A stretch of DNA of 64,000 nt, taken from IMG/VR virus record IMGVR_UViG_3300023179_003528, positions 12,455 to 76,454 of that record; one strand, 5' to 3'. This DNA is from a virus. The notes below the pieces were generated by a model. The model made no database searches, had not been told where the DNA came from, and was given only the letters and a program-made list of their open reading frames with translations. Shown piece after piece: positions 27,401-42,069 of this stretch; the first letter of the stretch is position 1; each line of letters opens with the position of its first letter. The position numbers and the translations under genes are program-made.

Positions 27401-30400
27401 TTGTTTGCTAGCACTAATTACGTTAACTAATTGTCCAGGAAAAATACCTGTGGTAGTTGTTAGTGTTAACACCGATGTTCCGCTACTGGCAGTATTGGTA
27501 ACTTCAATATTAGAATAAAATGCAATATCATCAGCCCAAAAACTTATACCGTAAGCACTGGTGGTTTGTGAACCTGTTCTTTGATCCACTAACCAATTTA
27601 TGCCCCACTTAGTTGTATAGTTAAATGGCAGTCCTTCTACAACTGTTCTCGGAAAAGTTATACCTTGCATGAGCTGATCTAAATCAGTACCGGGCATACC
27701 GTCTGTTGGAGCATAATATTCACTAATACGATCAACTGCATTTAGCAATGCTACATTTTTCTTATACCTAACGGTCAATACCTGGTTAGTTTTAGGTGTG
27801 TAATTTAAAAATACCAATTTGGAATATTCTTTCCTATAATCGGTGTTAGCACCAATATAATCTTTATAATAGACCACAGTATAATCACTGCTTAAAACTA
27901 TTTGACCATCTAACGTGGGCCGAATTTGAGCCTTATCTGGAACAGCTATCCATGAAAGAACAAATTCTGTGTCTGCGCCATTACACAAGAATTTGTCCTC
28001 TGTGTCTATTTGTGACACTTCTTGACTTCTAGATGTTCTATCAAACTTCATGCCAAGTGTCAACTCTCTCACTGTGTCATTTGATAACACAGCATAAGCT
28101 GAAGCATTTTCTGTAACTGCTCCTCCTCCTGATATTACTACAACAGGTGGTCTTGTATACCCAGATCCGTAATTTGTAACTTCAAACCCTACTACCTGTC
28201 CTGACCTAATAAATGCTCTTGCAGTCGCTCCAGACCCATTATCTCCTAATTGGTTTACAAGGGTTATTGTAGGCGTTTCTGTATATCCTGCACCGCCTTT
28301 TGACACACGAATACTTCCCACATAATAGGTATAATTATCTACCCATGATTTCCATGGATAAGTTAGCATCCATGTGTTGGTAGAAGTAAATGAACTTGCA
28401 GGAACGGTTGCTGGTATCTCCAATGTATTGAATCCATTCTTAGGATCGTCGTAATATGGAGGAAAATCAAAGTCTGTAATGTAGGTATAACTTGGTTCAG
28501 TTTGATTATATTTGGTTGTAAAATTTCTAATTTGAGTATGATATGGTTTTACTTCTTTAAGGTAATCTTCATAGTATTCGCTGTTTTGAACTTTATATGT
28601 AGATCTTTGATCCAGCGAACCAGCATTATTTGTTACATTTATGAATGAAGTTTTGAATGCCCAATCCAGTCTCTTTTGCTCAGTTAATGCATATTTTATG
28701 GCTTTAAAGAATAAAAGATTATAATGAACTTTTAAATCATTTATAAACAAATCTTCCTTAATAGCTTTAAGTATATAAGATGTTTCTACGTAAGGCTCGT
28801 AACCGCTGTAATTCCAAATCAAATCTTTTATCTGTAATGATCCTTTTTCTAAATAAACTAAATTATAGCCCTTGCTAAATGAGCCAACTGTGTCATCATC
28901 TATTTTTTCTAATATTATATAGTTGCCCTGACCGTTATTATTAACCTTAACATAATCACCTAGATCAATCTGCTCAATAGTTTTTAGTTGATATATTTCA
29001 TCTATGGTATATGCGTAATCAACAAACTTATTATATGTCTCGCTGGTCCAATCAATATAATCCCAATAAAGACTAGTATTATAACTCTGAGTAGCGACTC
29101 TCACCCAGCCTAAAGAATATCCTTGGTATTCATACTTTGACCACTTACCATTTTGAGTATTATCAACTTCAACTATTGCTGTATAAGGTCTTACTGTAAT
29201 GGTAGGGGCAGCAGTAAATCCTTGCCCGGTATTTTTAATTGTAGCTGTAACTACTTGACCTAGACTATCAATCTCTAGGTCAATCTCAGCTCCCTTGTTA
29301 TTTTCAATATTAACTCGAGGTGCATAAACATACCTATATCCAGGTTCAATTATGTTTACTGAAACTATTCTACCGTTATTTAAAGAACAAGATAGTTGCG
29401 CCTGTTTTAACATAGAAGTGTTTAAAAAATCTAATCCTTCAGTATCTTCTAATATTATATCATATCGACCATCGCTTACATGGGGAATTTCTTCTTTAGC
29501 TTTTAAATTACTTAGATTATATTTTTCTGTAATTCTTTCTGTAATAATAATATCATTTACATATTCAATAATGTTTCTGAGTGCTGTAAATCTATCTGCA
29601 AACAGTGTTTGTCTAGGGCGAATTCCTATACCATATTTCTCTCTAAATGTTAAATTAGGATCAGGAACTGGATTACCTAATAAATCTTTACCTAACAGGC
29701 TGTCATATAATTTTTTCTCTAGCAACGCAGGAGGCATGCTGGTGGATGAGCCTTCCTGCATCAATAACCATTCTGTATGTCTAGGAATTGAATTATTAAT
29801 TATATCAGATGAAATATTTAGACTTATTCTATCATCAATTAATATAGGTCCCACATTGGCCAATGCCAGGGCATTTTGATCTATAATTTGACCAAACTGT
29901 ATTCCATACCCAGTGGGGTTTTCAATTATACTGGCCAGCTGAACAGCAGTGACTCTGCGATTTTTCTTATTAGGCAATATAATTCTATTTTTTACCCAGA
30001 AGTAATATACATTGGTAAAACCTCCGGTAGTTGGATTATAAACTTGTTTTACAGAGACAACATCATTTAGAGGATATTTAGGTTGCCCACTTATACCATC
30101 AGTTAAACCTTGTGATGTATCCGCAAGCACTGCCCATTCGCTTGGTAATAACTCGGTGCCTACCCACTCGTATATATCTATTGTAGAGCCAGGAAATAAT
30201 CTACCCCAGTTATTTTTTCTATAACTAAGCTCACCTTGTTCATACCAAACATATTTTACATTGCTGGTATCCCACCATATTTCTCCCACATGCTCATCTA
30301 ACCAGTTTATTTCTGCATCAATAACTACTTCACTATTTCCCACACTGTAGACCGCGGGATCAATATTAGATTTATACTTGATATCTTCATCAGCGATACC

Positions 30401-33400
30401 AGCAATTTTCCCTTTTAATGGATCAATTATATCTAGATGCTCAATAACCTCGTCGTTGAATGTATCATATAATGTTAACTTTTGGACTGTGTTGATATCT
30501 ACCAATTCATCTTGCTGTCTTAAAACACTCCAACTCTTATCAAGAATTTTCTTTTGATACTGATAAAATGCACTTTGAGGAACCTGTTCGCCAATTACAG
30601 TTCTATATGCAGGTGCTCCTACATAAACCGAATTATCATTAACAGCTATACTAAAGCCGAAATTAGTTCCTGTGCTAGGATCTAATATAGGTAATTCATC
30701 TGCTAATCTAAATTTGTTAAGATAACGATTGTAAACATAAGCAGTCCCGCTGTATTTTACCGTGTCAAAAAATGTTGTAGATCCAGAGTCAAATGTTGTT
30801 TCATCTGAAAGGTCTGAGTTAGAATCTTTGACAAACTTTGTTTCGTAAATAGCTTCAGAATTGGCCAATAATGAATCATATCTATCAAAGGTCATTCTTA
30901 GATTTTTATTTGTGCCTTGCGCTGTAATAATCAACTCTGTTGAATCAGAATTAACACCGATGGCCTTGCCAAATTTCATACCTGGGTTAGACACAGGGTT
31001 GTGTATGATAGATTCTAAATTAAATTTAACAGAATCAGTAAGAGTATTTTTATAAACAGCTACCTTGCCATATGATTGATCGGTGTTGCGTGAATCAGGA
31101 GCAGATACAAATAACCAATTGCCATCTGAACTGACAGCTACCGCTTCTCCAAACTTAGCATTTCTTTCAAATGGGCTAGATATAGTCTGTGCCAATGTTA
31201 TATTGGTTGTTGTAAAAATTGATACAAATCCAGTGTTAGTGTAATAACCAGGTGCGGCAATGGCAACAACTTCAGATTTCTTACTACCACTTATAACCTG
31301 TCCCCAGCGTGATCCTGTATTGACTGTTATAGGAGCTGCGATATGTTTTATATATGAAACATTAACCTGATTAGATGCAGTAGTAAAATTATAAACATAG
31401 ACCGTGCCTGTGCCTGCAATAGAAATATTTGGAGCACCAACTAATAATACCTGTGTATTGCCCAAGTCCAGGTTAGAAACATACACACTAGACCCAAAGC
31501 GTTCGTAATTATTAGGGTAAGGGCTAATTAAAGAACCTTGACTGACTTCAGTATTGGTTCCTATAAATGTGCTAATTTTTACCAACCCTTCTTCTAACCT
31601 AGCACTAAACGAACCAGTATTTCCAGCGAATCTTAAACCTCCAGAGCTATAAGATTGGCGAGTGTAACTTACCAAAGGTGCACCGGCAAAAACTATACCA
31701 TATGAACTGGTGTTAAACTTATTCAAATGATAGGCCAATCCTTGACCGAAATTTGTAAACCCTCCGGGCCTATAATAAGTTGTGCTAGGAGAATTCACAC
31801 CGTAACTTGTCACAAGACTTACATCACCTTCAATTTCATTGTATAAAAATACGGTGCCCGTATTCGTTCCTGTTCCTGCGGCCGCGACAACAAAATTATT
31901 ATTAGAATCTTTTTGAGTTATTTTATAACCCAACTGTGTTGTAGTATTTTCTGCAACTGTCTTGATACTATAACTATTGTAATTTTTAATTTTTTCAATG
32001 ACTTGCCAATTATTATTACCATTGTCTAATAGCCAATTCTTTGCGCCGTAGGGCAATCTTAGCAATATATTATCTTTTGGTAAATTATCAAAATCTGCGA
32101 ATTTTGCTGATTGAAATTTAAAAACTAAACCAACATCTTCAGCGGTAAAGCCAGTAAAGAAAAAACTAGATGTAGTAGAAATTACAAATGAGTTTATTGT
32201 AGGAACTTCTACAATTTGATATACACCATTTACTGTGTCTGCAAACTGGCTTATGCTAACCACATCATATCTGTTTATATTATGAGCTTTTTTAGTCTTA
32301 AAAATATATCTATCAGTAGAACCTTCTTGCAGACTAACCGATGATAACGCAGAACTACCTAAAACATATCTATATACATCCCAATCTTTATTTCTCTTAT
32401 TACTGATCCATACATAGTCATCAATCAATAATACTCTATTATTTTCAATATCAGTTAATGAATTTTCGTTATAGGCAGTATAATCAACATCATCAAATCT
32501 AACAAACCCAGCAGTTTCAAGTTTAAATATTTCTGTGTCATTGGTTGTTTTGAATGTAGACGACGACACATATCCATCATATGTAATCAACAAATCTGTT
32601 TGAGTTGTATAATATATTAGAGACTTATTGTCAATTTGTATTTCATCATTGAAAGTCACAATCTGTGGATTATCTACAAACTCTCCTTCACGCAGTGTTA
32701 CTTCAATTTGTTTATAGGTCTCAAAAGAACCAAAATGTCCTATTCTAAATGCCCATTCTTCGTTATAAGAAATTTCACCTTGTAGATTATGAATTGCTGC
32801 TTTGGCTAATTTTTCAATGGCATTACGTGTGCCCTTTTCTCTAATAAATCCTTGATAAAATTTATATTGAGCAATAGGATTAGTAAAAATACTATTAAGA
32901 TACGGTCTAGGAGTATATCCAATCAAATGCTGCGCCATCTTTTGTTGGGCAGAATCAAAGTTATCTATATCTAAACTATAAAAATCTTCGAATTGATTGA
33001 TCTTGTAGTCAAAATTTGGTAACAGTTCTGCTATGGGTTTATCACCTAATAACACCCATTCGGCAAAATCAAACTTATCAGACCCTATAGTACTATTCTT
33101 GGCTGTATAATATTTTCCGTTAAACCTTACTACATCTCCTGCATTGTAATTTGTATAATTTTTCCAATTTCTAATATAGGCAACGTCATAAACAAATCCT
33201 GGGCTAAAATAATCACCGTTCCAATCGCTGGTTCTAAATCCTGTTAATCTAATTCTTTGTTGCCTATATCCTGTTGCAGTGTTGTATATAGTATCATTAA
33301 AAATTGTTGAATTATTTAGAACAATCGCATGTTCTTTTTGAATATTGTTAAGAGTGGCAAAGTATAAACCATCAGTAAAATTTACTGTGTTTATGGTACA

Positions 33401-36400
33401 TAAACCATCTTCTCTGTTAACATTGATATTGTTTTTTGGAATAGGAATACCGTTGGCCTGTAGCAAACTATAGTCATAAAAACTGTCAAAAATATTATCA
33501 ACTACTGTGTTAGGCAGTTTGAACTTTAGAACATCTGCAAAAGGACTTAGTGTGATAACACTATTGTTTGCCCAATTTTGACTTGCCCAATATAAAAACT
33601 CTTCGCCAGTGAATGACCAATCTACAACACGTACAAGATCTGAATTATATACATCAAAAACAAATCCGTGTTCTGTTAACCACTGCCCATAGCCGATTAT
33701 TAAATCATACACTTCTTGAATACTTGTAAGTTCTGTTCCATATGGAATAGTTTCTGTAAAATTATTAAAACTATTCCAACGCTGCACTGTTATTCCACCT
33801 TTAATAGGCAAGTAAGGCATGCGTTGATAATATTGCTCATCAAAATTAGCAGTTGTCTTATGTCTAGTCTTTACACGATAAAATGCATTATTGTATGTTA
33901 CAATTTGTCCAACTTCATATAAAACCCCTCCCGATGATACTGTGGCCGAGGTAGGATCAGTTTGACTTGAACTAGATGTAGGGGCTGTAGACGAGCTCTT
34001 CCAATCCACATAAGGTTCACTAACACCACCTACCGTTAATGTAGGTGTATTAACATTTCTTCTAGGTCTGTATATGGTAAAATATGGATCTTTCTTATCA
34101 TAGCCTTTGATAACAAAATTGCCATTAGATTTTTGAAGAATTATACCACTGATACTGATAGAACTTACAGGATTACTTACATTTAAAATTAGTTTATAGT
34201 CTTCAGGTGGCAATACACTACCTGGACTTGTGCTAGTAGGGTCTATAGCATCAATAACTACCTGCACTTTATCCTTACTAATAAACCCGCCGACTTTATA
34301 AAATAAATTAAAGTCTAAATAATCTAAATCTGATCTTAGATCTGAAACGTAATTTCTTGTTCTTGAAAGACCTACTTCAACAACATATTGACTAAATCCA
34401 GATAGCAATTCAGATGTTTCTGTATGAATCAAAATATTTTTTAATTTGATAAAATCTAATGTGCTACCATAGGTAATTTGGCCAGCAGCATTTGTTGAAA
34501 TTCTGTACGGATCATACATGTATGCTGCGTAGTGCATAGGAGAACATAAGGCCATAATCTTCTGCACGGTAAATGGCCAATAGCTACTTCTGCGCCATGC
34601 AGATTCGGCAGGACCAATATCGCCTACTTTCCAATTATTTTTCCTTTGTCCTAATTTAATACTATCAACAATTAGGTCAGGGGCTACAAGATCTCCTTGT
34701 CCGTCAACTGGTATTAAATTTAATAGACCGTCTCTAGCATAAAGAGTATCTGTTCCTTGTCGTGTTCCTTGCCTAATTATACCCAAAGATAGGTCTTCCC
34801 ATAAGGGAAGATTACCAGATGTATATGGAGCAACTCCATACTCATCATCCCACCATGCAGGTTTTTCTGTGAAGCCTAACATCTCCCAAGGATGAGTATG
34901 AGGACGATCTGTTCCATATAGGTACCTATACACAGATCTCCAAGATCCTGCAACATGAGTATCTATGCTAGAAATATATGCTCCGGTATAGTTCCAGGTC
35001 CAAGGATTATCTTCATCAAAGGCCGTATTTGTTTCAGGATCTATACCATAAAATCCGCTCCATCTAATAAAATCTTTAGTTATAATTTTATTAATATCAA
35101 GTTCACTGAACAAATTATTCTTAAATGCACCTATTAACAATTCATTGTAATCTAAAAGATCTCGTCTAAAATTTACTTTAATATTATTGTAGACTCTCTT
35201 TTCAAATTCTAAAAGAACGTCATCTCTATAATCATTATAACTTCTAATAATACTTCCATCGTGGCATTGGATAACATAAACCGGATCAATATATGTGTCG
35301 TCTAAATATTTTGCAGGAGTATACTTCTGGTAAATCCCTAACTTAGTAGGTGTAGGCGGAACATAAGATCCTACTGTGGATGTATATTCTACAACTTTTA
35401 AAATGTCACCAACAGATGGTGCGAACAATAATTCTATAGCAGCATCATTAGGTACAAAATTATAATCTTGGCCTACTATAAGTTGAACATTATTTAGATA
35501 TATTAATACAGATTTTTCACTTAAATTTAGAAGATTAAATTCACTTGAAATTGGATATTCTAAATTGTTGATGTTAGTAACTGTCCATTCACGAATAGTT
35601 TTATCTGACCCGTATCCTAACATATCAGAGTAATAATAAGAACTTAATAGATCTTTATCTGAATTAAGTTCTTTTAATATTTGATCAACAGCATCAATTG
35701 GTGTTGTGGCATCTGTTATATCTGAAATTTTTCGTAAAAATGCTAATTTAAATTGATTATAATGATCGGATGCTTTATCTAACGCAGTAATAACACTGTG
35801 TTCTTTTTTGCCTATGAAAAATAAACTAAAAGCAATAGGATTAATATTAGAAATTAATCTTTTACCATATTTCTCTATATTGTCAATATCTCTAAGATTA
35901 CTATTGCCAGGAAAATTGCCTACAAAATCAGGGCTGGCATCGATCATTGATTTGAGATGATCAGAAACTTCCGTGAACGTCAGCGTTCCAAATTTTTGAT
36001 TTAAAGGATTATTAGTTAGAGCTAATGGTGATTCCCAATAACCTACCTTTCCTAAATCATTGTCAGTATGTATTTTAATTAATAACTTAGACCCTGAACT
36101 TAGCTCAGTGTCAAATTCTATTTGTGCTGTTTGATTAATTGTAGATACTGTATAATCGCCAGCATCTAACTTTTTATTATCAACAAATACTTCAATTGAA
36201 TAACTAGCAATAGGTATAAAAGATTCTAAAATATACGTAGAGGTTGCTTGATCTAAAACTTTAAATTCTATAATAGGTATACCATACTCTACTGTATCAT
36301 TCCAAGTATTTTTATACACTTCTCCAGACTGATGACAGTATTTTACAAAAGTCTTACTAGTTTCTAAAGTTGTTCCATCTGAATAAGTTATTAGGGAATT

Positions 36401-38176
36401 ATTCAAATAATCTTCAAATATAAATCCGCCTACTCCTTGATTAGAATAATTTATATTAATGTCGAGTATAGAATCTAAATAGGGTCCTTCTTGATAACCA
36501 AATATTTTATTTCCTTGAAAATCAGTGTTTGTAAACTGTTCTCCATCGTTAGTAAATAGGTCAAAAAGTGGTGCTTGATTTAGTGTATCGTGCGATTGCC
36601 CTTGAATCCAATTATCTCCATCGAACCACCAACTTGTTCCTTGATATTTGACCCCACTGTTAACAGCACAGACAACTCCTTGTTGAATCTGAGCAACCTC
36701 GTGTAATTCTATTCTTTTTCTACCCGCTATAAAAACTATATTAACTTGATATATCTTATTTCTAACCTGTTCATCTGTATCAGCAACAAAAATTATTCTA
36801 TTTCCTTGCTCTAAGTGAACTTGATCAGCTATATGAGCAGACCTGCCTTCTACTAAACTAAATGCATCAGTAATATAGTCATCGATTAAATCTACATTCG
36901 GTAGTCCCTCAGTTCCAAAATTGTATAATTTTAGATCGGGTTTAAACTCAATAATAGGACGTTTAGCACGCTTATCATTTGGATATACAGGAACAAGATT
37001 ATTAGCTTCTGCACTTTTTGTTATGACTTCTTTATGAAACCATCTATTGTAACGAGACCACGGATTAAGGTCTCTACTTGAACGGTTTATTGTGATATAT
37101 TCCTGACTGATAGGTAATGCACTGTAATTGTCAAAAGGATATGTGTCAAACGGACTGGAATCAAAATTTTCATCATAGATTTCACTGAGATTAACATTAG
37201 TAATTAGGCTTGCTACATCTATTAATTTAATTGCCTTACCAACTCCTTCAACAAAATATTCTTTATCTATATACGAAGATGGAACAACTGTGCCACCAAA
37301 TCTAATTTTCATTCCATTGGTTAATTCAACACCAGTTCCAGAAGTGTAAAATTGTTTACCTACTATTTCATCTTCTACATTTATAATTGAATCTTCTGCG
37401 ATATTTCTAACTGCGATAATACCTTTGGCCAAACTAGATGCATCTGCTGCATAGTATAAAGTATCAGGCGTGTCATTGTCCACCATCATGGTTAAGGTGC
37501 CTGCACTTACTCCATTATTTGAGATGTTTTGATTATATAAATCATCATTGCCTACACTGGGTTGTGTTTTAATGTAAAATTTATATATAGAATTTATATT
37601 AAAATTATAGGTATTACCTCTATAAAGTATTAGTAAAGGATCTTCTGTAATACCGTCTGGACTAAAAACAAAAGAAGTTTCAGTAGCATTGTCTACAACA
37701 GTAAATGTAGACGTAGAATTTAGTTGTGTTCCAGTAATAGTAACTGTATCAGGTCCATTGACTAGCCAATAATATTCTTGATAATTAACAAATTTGTCAA
37801 GATCTATATGTGGATTGTAGGACGCAAAATGGCTTCTATAAATTTTATCAAAATTCTTGGAATTACCGTTATTGTAGTTAATGGTATTAGTTAAATCATC
37901 AATACCGATAACATCTGTAATCTCACCGGTGTTATCCTTAACCACAAGTGCTGGTTCTAATTGATAATCTCTACGAAGTTGACTTTTTTCAGTGAGATAT
38001 AAATCTTGATTAGGATCGTAATTGGGGACAAGTTTAGATCCTATATAACCATCAATTCTTTCTACACTAGGAGGCTGAACTAGTTGATCGATGGTGCTAG
38101 ATAAAAACTTAGCATTTTTTTCTGAACGAATAAATTCAGGTAGTAAATTGACAGATTTAATACTCTTTTCAGCCAT
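24449..38176 (-). CDS. giant (~4,575 aa) multidomain baseplate wedge/adhesin protein (gp7-position)
   Basis: Continuous 13.7-kb ORF directly after gp6 (ATG 38176), with FG-GAP-like repeats, CBM-like motifs, G.GY...P repeats and a DUF4214-like segment. Confidence 0.75.
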   Translation of the reverse strand: MAEKSIKSVNLLPEFIRSEKNAKFLSSTIDQLVQPPSVERIDGYIGSKLVPNYDPNQDLYLTEKSQLRRDYQLEPALVVKDNTGEITDVIGIDDLTNTINYNNGNSKNFDKIYRSHFASYNPHIDLDKFVNYQEYYWLVNGPDTVTITGTQLNSTSTFTVVDNATETSFVFSPDGITEDPLLILYRGNTYNFNINSIYKFYIKTQPSVGNDDLYNQNISNNGVSAGTLTMMVDNDTPDTLYYAADASSLAKGIIAVRNIAEDSIINVEDEIVGKQFYTSGTGVELTNGMKIRFGGTVVPSSYIDKEYFVEGVGKAIKLIDVASLITNVNLSEIYDENFDSSPFDTYPFDNYSALPISQEYITINRSSRDLNPWSRYNRWFHKEVITKSAEANNLVPVYPNDKRAKRPIIEFKPDLKLYNFGTEGLPNVDLIDDYITDAFSLVEGRSAHIADQVHLEQGNRIIFVADTDEQVRNKIYQVNIVFIAGRKRIELHEVAQIQQGVVCAVNSGVKYQGTSWWFDGDNWIQGQSHDTLNQAPLFDLFTNDGEQFTNTDFQGNKIFGYQEGPYLDSILDININYSNQGVGGFIFEDYLNNSLITYSDGTTLETSKTFVKYCHQSGEVYKNTWNDTVEYGIPIIEFKVLDQATSTYILESFIPIASYSIEVFVDNKKLDAGDYTVSTINQTAQIEFDTELSSGSKLLIKIHTDNDLGKVGYWESPLALTNNPLNQKFGTLTFTEVSDHLKSMIDASPDFVGNFPGNSNLRDIDNIEKYGKRLISNINPIAFSLFFIGKKEHSVITALDKASDHYNQFKLAFLRKISDITDATTPIDAVDQILKELNSDKDLLSSYYYSDMLGYGSDKTIREWTVTNINNLEYPISSEFNLLNLSEKSVLIYLNNVQLIVGQDYNFVPNDAAIELLFAPSVGDILKVVEYTSTVGSYVPPTPTKLGIYQKYTPAKYLDDTYIDPVYVIQCHDGSIIRSYNDYRDDVLLEFEKRVYNNIKVNFRRDLLDYNELLIGAFKNNLFSELDINKIITKDFIRWSGFYGIDPETNTAFDEDNPWTWNYTGAYISSIDTHVAGSWRSVYRYLYGTDRPHTHPWEMLGFTEKPAWWDDEYGVAPYTSGNLPLWEDLSLGIIRQGTRQGTDTLYARDGLLNLIPVDGQGDLVAPDLIVDSIKLGQRKNNWKVGDIGPAESAWRRSSYWPFTVQKIMALCSPMHYAAYMYDPYRISTNAAGQITYGSTLDFIKLKNILIHTETSELLSGFSQYVVEVGLSRTRNYVSDLRSDLDYLDFNLFYKVGGFISKDKVQVVIDAIDPTSTSPGSVLPPEDYKLILNVSNPVSSISISGIILQKSNGNFVIKGYDKKDPYFTIYRPRRNVNTPTLTVGGVSEPYVDWKSSSTAPTSSSSQTDPTSATVSSGGVLYEVGQIVTYNNAFYRVKTRHKTTANFDEQYYQRMPYLPIKGGITVQRWNSFNNFTETIPYGTELTSIQEVYDLIIGYGQWLTEHGFVFDVYNSDLVRVVDWSFTGEEFLYWASQNWANNSVITLSPFADVLKFKLPNTVVDNIFDSFYDYSLLQANGIPIPKNNINVNREDGLCTINTVNFTDGLYFATLNNIQKEHAIVLNNSTIFNDTIYNTATGYRQQRIRLTGFRTSDWNGDYFSPGFVYDVAYIRNWKNYTNYNAGDVVRFNGKYYTAKNSTIGSDKFDFAEWVLLGDKPIAELLPNFDYKINQFEDFYSLDIDNFDSAQQKMAQHLIGYTPRPYLNSIFTNPIAQYKFYQGFIREKGTRNAIEKLAKAAIHNLQGEISYNEEWAFRIGHFGSFETYKQIEVTLREGEFVDNPQIVTFNDEIQIDNKSLIYYTTQTDLLITYDGYVSSSTFKTTNDTEIFKLETAGFVRFDDVDYTAYNENSLTDIENNRVLLIDDYVWISNKRNKDWDVYRYVLGSSALSSVSLQEGSTDRYIFKTKKAHNINRYDVVSISQFADTVNGVYQIVEVPTINSFVISTTSSFFFTGFTAEDVGLVFKFQSAKFADFDNLPKDNILLRLPYGAKNWLLDNGNNNWQVIEKIKNYNSYSIKTVAENTTTQLGYKITQKDSNNNFVVAAAGTGTNTGTVFLYNEIEGDVSLVTSYGVNSPSTTYYRPGGFTNFGQGLAYHLNKFNTSSYGIVFAGAPLVSYTRQSYSSGGLRFAGNTGSFSARLEEGLVKISTFIGTNTEVSQGSLISPYPNNYERFGSSVYVSNLDLGNTQVLLVGAPNISIAGTGTVYVYNFTTASNQVNVSYIKHIAAPITVNTGSRWGQVISGSKKSEVVAIAAPGYYTNTGFVSIFTTTNITLAQTISSPFERNAKFGEAVAVSSDGNWLFVSAPDSRNTDQSYGKVAVYKNTLTDSVKFNLESIIHNPVSNPGMKFGKAIGVNSDSTELIITAQGTNKNLRMTFDRYDSLLANSEAIYETKFVKDSNSDLSDETTFDSGSTTFFDTVKYSGTAYVYNRYLNKFRLADELPILDPSTGTNFGFSIAVNDNSVYVGAPAYRTVIGEQVPQSAFYQYQKKILDKSWSVLRQQDELVDINTVQKLTLYDTFNDEVIEHLDIIDPLKGKIAGIADEDIKYKSNIDPAVYSVGNSEVVIDAEINWLDEHVGEIWWDTSNVKYVWYEQGELSYRKNNWGRLFPGSTIDIYEWVGTELLPSEWAVLADTSQGLTDGISGQPKYPLNDVVSVKQVYNPTTGGFTNVYYFWVKNRIILPNKKNRRVTAVQLASIIENPTGYGIQFGQIIDQNALALANVGPILIDDRISLNISSDIINNSIPRHTEWLLMQEGSSTSMPPALLEKKLYDSLLGKDLLGNPVPDPNLTFREKYGIGIRPRQTLFADRFTALRNIIEYVNDIIITERITEKYNLSNLKAKEEIPHVSDGRYDIILEDTEGLDFLNTSMLKQAQLSCSLNNGRIVSVNIIEPGYRYVYAPRVNIENNKGAEIDLEIDSLGQVVTATIKNTGQGFTAAPTITVRPYTAIVEVDNTQNGKWSKYEYQGYSLGWVRVATQSYNTSLYWDYIDWTSETYNKFVDYAYTIDEIYQLKTIEQIDLGDYVKVNNNGQGNYIILEKIDDDTVGSFSKGYNLVYLEKGSLQIKDLIWNYSGYEPYVETSYILKAIKEDLFINDLKVHYNLLFFKAIKYALTEQKRLDWAFKTSFINVTNNAGSLDQRSTYKVQNSEYYEDYLKEVKPYHTQIRNFTTKYNQTEPSYTYITDFDFPPYYDDPKNGFNTLEIPATVPASSFTSTNTWMLTYPWKSWVDNYTYYVGSIRVSKGGAGYTETPTITLVNQLGDNGSGATARAFIRSGQVVGFEVTNYGSGYTRPPVVVISGGGAVTENASAYAVLSNDTVRELTLGMKFDRTSRSQEVSQIDTEDKFLCNGADTEFVLSWIAVPDKAQIRPTLDGQIVLSSDYTVVYYKDYIGANTDYRKEYSKLVFLNYTPKTNQVLTVRYKKNVALLNAVDRISEYYAPTDGMPGTDLDQLMQGITFPRTVVEGLPFNYTTKWGINWLVDQRTGSQTTSAYGISFWADDIAFYSNIEVTNTASSGTSVLTLTTTTGIFPGQLVNVISASKQQLSGSFFNVTPRVQSVNTSARTVTLTTSTRLPLTATISTVFVDGTYTNTTSIASIEFWTYDTETTILDSAIEGGSWTTSTRIAALGINPEDITIDGEAFISPNHTYAPEELVPGEINQSTGINVYTKHPEGAPIIVNTYYVIYPGSLSTRHLSITPPNSSSLVVTFENRLMSYNSTTNFTTSTEFSIEWSSNDIIIPPQDIKGILGVSIISVGGGRDFKEAGVIDTVSVIANNTSSVQLQSLAQLGTVKSAYVTVNGSAINEVTTTTDYGYILTYANENSNRAAVNVYNIDDSTTATVTAWFFGTAQRYFNEINEEILVVDNAGEVSWVLTYPPGSIEPVVAQTIVESNSSGLRKLLRPPDVTYFKVSNALITAYKIDTYGVNYGSVTDVRAYLNGRELRRGFDYAYSGIPNTFSILVPIVNGDVIAIAAISQTGSYSYDYDIVGNQLTIAPPGSATYPYELKVITYNNHDDMLMRTERFRGNPARRYVISRPALDIDYVWVIVDGVPLVNHYDYEILGDAVTIQISDKFYHSEVNEVTIITFSNEQLATTILGYRIFNDIFNRTHFKRLSKENSTYLTQPLSVYDLEIHVADAEVLTSPDIEKNLPGVIIVDAERIEFFKVASNVLSQLRRGTLGTSPSFYSRENTKVIDQGSQQTIPFTERILKQVHYTQANSNTYYISTLSFTTSTVSTNYLGQTVSYSTLTNDGIILNTINTTTSVPNPIRLEDQVTVVYGGRVLNKVGTFRQDIEFTYDTPYFLNIPKPPIYGTSVTVSVADPSNYAPTVIGYYLKYFNRNPDQGELNYWVSNYVGNSGSLTDEEIENSIKNSEEGRKNRWISEVSYLPETTVLGTAYVITSTNQVWVYTNSDKYGSFNGYEYSGIDYLPPEFSIKDQTISLNIKESVQQNIKLVIIKREFDAEDVWNDVVNSTSTYSLMTSTTVPARFLQARPAELPDSYYYGGDVAITNEGGFALTDQDNEPLEEL

Positions 38177-38177
38177 A

Positions 38178-41100
38178 CTATGTTCCGGATGTATTAACAA
38201 TATTCGATGAGTTTAATTGAGTTGCGGTAATAGCATCTATCACGTCTATATCATCAGCGGATACATCATTAATAAAAATTTCATTAGATAAACAACTTAC
38301 CTCATATAAACTTCCAAAGTTGCTTGACCTAGGCACAATCACAAAATTTGTTATATCAGGAGATAACAAATTCATGACATATGTAGATAGTTCACTAAAA
38401 TAAAAAGATTGTCCAAAATCCCAATTATCAAGATTAAAGAAATCATTAATAGCCAATAATATTCTACTTTTAATTTCATTATCGCTGCTGGTCCTTGCAG
38501 TATTTTTAACTGCCTTAAAAGAGGCCTGCAGACTAACTGGCGCTTTTTTTCCAAATAATATTTTATACTTAATAGGTTGAAACACTATCTCATCGCTTAT
38601 TGTTTTAATAGGCTCTAGCACACCAGAATAACTTTGTTCAAGGCCGGTGCTGGTTGGCGGTAACGGTTCACTACCAATACCTGTCAATAACCATGATCTA
38701 AATTCTGTATCATATGAACTGGTCAATAGATAGATATCTATTAAATTACTCTTACCCGGATCTATTCTTCTATCCTCGCTGCTATTATGTTCGTAATGAA
38801 ATTTAATACCAGACCTTCCAGGATAAGCCAAATAATCAGATTCATATACCCAAGTTGTGCCATCATATGAATTTACTACATTATAACTGTCATCATAAAA
38901 ATAATAAAGTTGATTTGTAGATGTGCCTTGAGGAACATTATCTGGATTACTATATGCAATAAAACTATCTCTATCTATCAAGGACAATTCCGTTCCGTTG
39001 GTAGATTTTTGAAAATAAACAAATTTATCTAATTGCCAATTTCCATCTAAACCTAACACGGTACCTGTAGATTGAGGTTGAACTACGTTGATAAATGAAT
39101 CTGGATCATCTAATTCACCAAAACTGGTCTTTTCATAAAAACTAACTAGAACTTTTTTAGGATCTACATAACCATCTTGTTCTACAATATTATCATCTAC
39201 CTGCCATACGTAGTCTTTTTCTAGTGCATAAGTTGTCAAAGGATCTTCATTGACAGATAATACTGTGATTCGATCTTTGACAACGGTATTTGATACATAA
39301 TCATAATTTACACTATTCTTATCTATAAAGAAAGCAGTTTCCTGTTCACTTTCAAAAATTAAATCTAAATTTCTTGCCCTTACCCTATAGTTTTTTCCTG
39401 TCCATGTAAACGCAACCAACCAACTGGAATCTAAATTAGCATCATCTAAGTTTCCTTGGTTAGATAAACCAAAAGGACCAACTAGGTCAAGATTTGAATC
39501 TAAAATAATTGTCCATTGTCTAGTTAACTGACTAAAACTTATACCAAAGTTTCTCTGAGCTAGACAAAGATTAACCATTTCATTTTCAAATTGCAAGGTT
39601 AATACGTCAACAAATTTTGGAATAATTTCTGTAGGAATAGCGCCTGTAGGGATGTAGGCGCTGATTGTAATAGGACCAGTTCCGTCATCTAGTTGACCTG
39701 CTCCGGTATTGCTACCATCACCTACAACTTGAACAACCTTAACCCAAACATAGTTTTTAGTTGAATTGCTTTTATTAGAAACTAACTTATTTGAAGATGA
39801 AAAATACTTACCACTAGAAGGTTTAAACTTTACTAAGGCTCCGGGCACTAACCATTTCAAATTATTAGACGTAAAATCTCCAACACTGTAGGCAGTATTA
39901 TCACTATCTTCTAAATATCCCTTGTTTTGTCCTAGCACAGGAGCGTTCCAAGTTAAGTTTAAACTGGATAAATTGGGCCTTGAAAACTTATCTATGTAAA
40001 AAGACTTTAACGAAGGAGCAGCAACTACAGGTTCAACAAGAGTTTTAATGAATCCTAATATTCCGTTACGGTTATTTGATGTAAATTCAAATGATTTTTC
40101 TGTATCTTTCTTATATAATATACCGTCAGATGCAAAAATGTTTGTCTTACTATATTTCCCACTAACATCACTAAGTTCAAAGTACTTGCTAACTCCGCTG
40201 CTTACCCTATTGACACTTTTTACTTTAATAATATCGCTGCCTAAAGTTAGAGGAGCTATATTATAATCTTCAGCAGTTACCATTCTATTCTGAACGTAAA
40301 ACGCCTGTGGTGCTTTATTTTGAATACTTACATTACTTTCTGTTGCAGCACTGTTATTAATTGTGTATTGCAGAGCAAATGTCAGTGTAAGTGTATGGTT
40401 TTGTCCACTTTTGCTTACATATGGTATCTCAACTACTATACCATTCATCTGTTCTGGCTTAATTGTATACGTTAGACCATTACTTTGCCTATAAAATAGT
40501 CTAAATGTGCCCTTAGGTAAATTTCCAAAGTTTCCATCAGCAAAATTTAGATCGATTTGATCTTGATCTCTTGTGGTAACACTAAAAATATCACGCTTGT
40601 CATTCTTCAAACTATTGTATATTACATTGTTGCCTACAACATCAGGAACCTTACTCCACAATGAATCATAAGTGCCGTCGCTATCTAACTTCCATAACCA
40701 CACATCTGTTTGATTGATATTATTAGCATTGATGCCAATTATTTCATTGGCTACAGGATTATCAATTGTAAAGTTACTTGAAGTTAGTTCACCTTGTCTA
40801 AAATGCACAAAGAATCCTGTGTTAACACTTCCAGATCCTTGATTATCATTTCTATAGATAAAACTAAATGTGGATCTTGGTCTAGGAGCTTCTTCATAGA
40901 CAAATAACTTGCCCGAAAATGTGCAGGGAACAATTTCAAATGTCATTGCTGTGCCGTTTATATTCTTTAAAAAGCTATATACAGGCACATCTGTATTACT
41001 GCTATTAATTCTATACTGCTCTGTCAGTATGCCATCGATAGTTTCCCTATCGTAGGGCTTACCAAAACTAAAACTTCCCCCCATGGCACTGTTAAGAATA

Positions 41101-41570
41101 CTAATAAATTGTCCATACCAATTACTATTGGTGCTGTCATTCCATCCTACAGTAACATTAGCCAAGTTTAATCCATTAGAATCGATAACACTATCGGTAG
41201 TTGCCACGCTGGTTAATTTTAAAAACCCACTACCGGGCACGTTACGTGAAGGAACATAACTAATAAGCTGCGCCAAACGTAGGATACTGTCCCTACGTTG
41301 TGCAGTTTCAATGAAATTCTCCCTAGCGTTTAGATCAATTCTAAAACTAAGATTTTGACCTAAAAAAGCAACAAGATCTATTAAAGCTATATATTCACTT
41401 GACTCTATAAAATCATTAAAATCTTCAGGATAATTTTCCTGAAGATACTGTATCATTGTTCTTCTTAGAGTTTCAAAATCATAACTTTGAAAATCTGCAT
41501 TGCGAAAAGATTGATATATCTTTTTCCAATCTTCTGTAACTAATAATTTGTTTGAACTTTTTGGTATCAT
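38178..41570 (-). CDS. gp6: baseplate wedge subunit (gp6-like)
   Basis: DFETLR...FNDF.ESS...LNARENF.ETA.RRDS..RLA..ISY.P and QNRMVTAEDY motifs. Confidence 0.85.
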   Translation of the reverse strand: MIPKSSNKLLVTEDWKKIYQSFRNADFQSYDFETLRRTMIQYLQENYPEDFNDFIESSEYIALIDLVAFLGQNLSFRIDLNARENFIETAQRRDSILRLAQLISYVPSRNVPGSGFLKLTSVATTDSVIDSNGLNLANVTVGWNDSTNSNWYGQFISILNSAMGGSFSFGKPYDRETIDGILTEQYRINSSNTDVPVYSFLKNINGTAMTFEIVPCTFSGKLFVYEEAPRPRSTFSFIYRNDNQGSGSVNTGFFVHFRQGELTSSNFTIDNPVANEIIGINANNINQTDVWLWKLDSDGTYDSLWSKVPDVVGNNVIYNSLKNDKRDIFSVTTRDQDQIDLNFADGNFGNLPKGTFRLFYRQSNGLTYTIKPEQMNGIVVEIPYVSKSGQNHTLTLTFALQYTINNSAATESNVSIQNKAPQAFYVQNRMVTAEDYNIAPLTLGSDIIKVKSVNRVSSGVSKYFELSDVSGKYSKTNIFASDGILYKKDTEKSFEFTSNNRNGILGFIKTLVEPVVAAPSLKSFYIDKFSRPNLSSLNLTWNAPVLGQNKGYLEDSDNTAYSVGDFTSNNLKWLVPGALVKFKPSSGKYFSSSNKLVSNKSNSTKNYVWVKVVQVVGDGSNTGAGQLDDGTGPITISAYIPTGAIPTEIIPKFVDVLTLQFENEMVNLCLAQRNFGISFSQLTRQWTIILDSNLDLVGPFGLSNQGNLDDANLDSSWLVAFTWTGKNYRVRARNLDLIFESEQETAFFIDKNSVNYDYVSNTVVKDRITVLSVNEDPLTTYALEKDYVWQVDDNIVEQDGYVDPKKVLVSFYEKTSFGELDDPDSFINVVQPQSTGTVLGLDGNWQLDKFVYFQKSTNGTELSLIDRDSFIAYSNPDNVPQGTSTNQLYYFYDDSYNVVNSYDGTTWVYESDYLAYPGRSGIKFHYEHNSSEDRRIDPGKSNLIDIYLLTSSYDTEFRSWLLTGIGSEPLPPTSTGLEQSYSGVLEPIKTISDEIVFQPIKYKILFGKKAPVSLQASFKAVKNTARTSSDNEIKSRILLAINDFFNLDNWDFGQSFYFSELSTYVMNLLSPDITNFVIVPRSSNFGSLYEVSCLSNEIFINDVSADDIDVIDAITATQLNSSNIVNTSGT

Positions 41571-41618
41571 AGTGAATTAATTTGATACCGTATTTATTAT
41601 AAAAATAAACTGCTAGTT

Positions 41619-42056
41619 TTATTGAACCGCAAGACCAATCTTCTGATCAAATTGTAATTTCATATTCACGCTTTGATCTGTACCGTTTAATAACAAGGTA
41701 ATTTCTAAGATATAACCTTGATCGTATTCTGTAAGATCTAGTTGAGTAGGGGTAACTCTAGGATCACTGCTACAGATATTTGCAATATCTTCTTGCAAAA
41801 GAGTTCTGGTTTCTTCAGTTAAAGGTTCCATGATTAGATCCCAAATAATGCTTCCAAAGGTAGGATTCATTACTCGTTCACCTTTACGTGTTCTAAAATG
41901 ATTTAGTATATCTTGTTTGATTAAATCAAAATCGTAAAGCCTTACGCTTTGATCTTGATTGGCAATCGTGCTAAATCCTTTGTAAAAATGACTTCTTTTT
42001 ACTGGTTGATTGGCTATAACCCTGCTTGTATTAATGACCTGTGACTTATACGGCAT
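41619..42056 (-). CDS. gp25: baseplate wedge subunit (gp25-like)
   Basis: TRKGERVMNPTFGS...EP...DPRV. Confidence 0.9.
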   Translation of the reverse strand: MPYKSQVINTSRVIANQPVKRSHFYKGFSTIANQDQSVRLYDFDLIKQDILNHFRTRKGERVMNPTFGSIIWDLIMEPLTEETRTLLQEDIANICSSDPRVTPTQLDLTEYDQGYILEITLLLNGTDQSVNMKLQFDQKIGLAVQ

Positions 42057-42061
42057 AAGAA

Positions 42062-42069
42062 TATTTATA
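42062..42069 (-). promoter_or_regulatory. T4-type late promoter TATAAATA
   Basis: Exact consensus on the - strand, 5 nt before the gp25 ATG. Confidence 0.65.
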
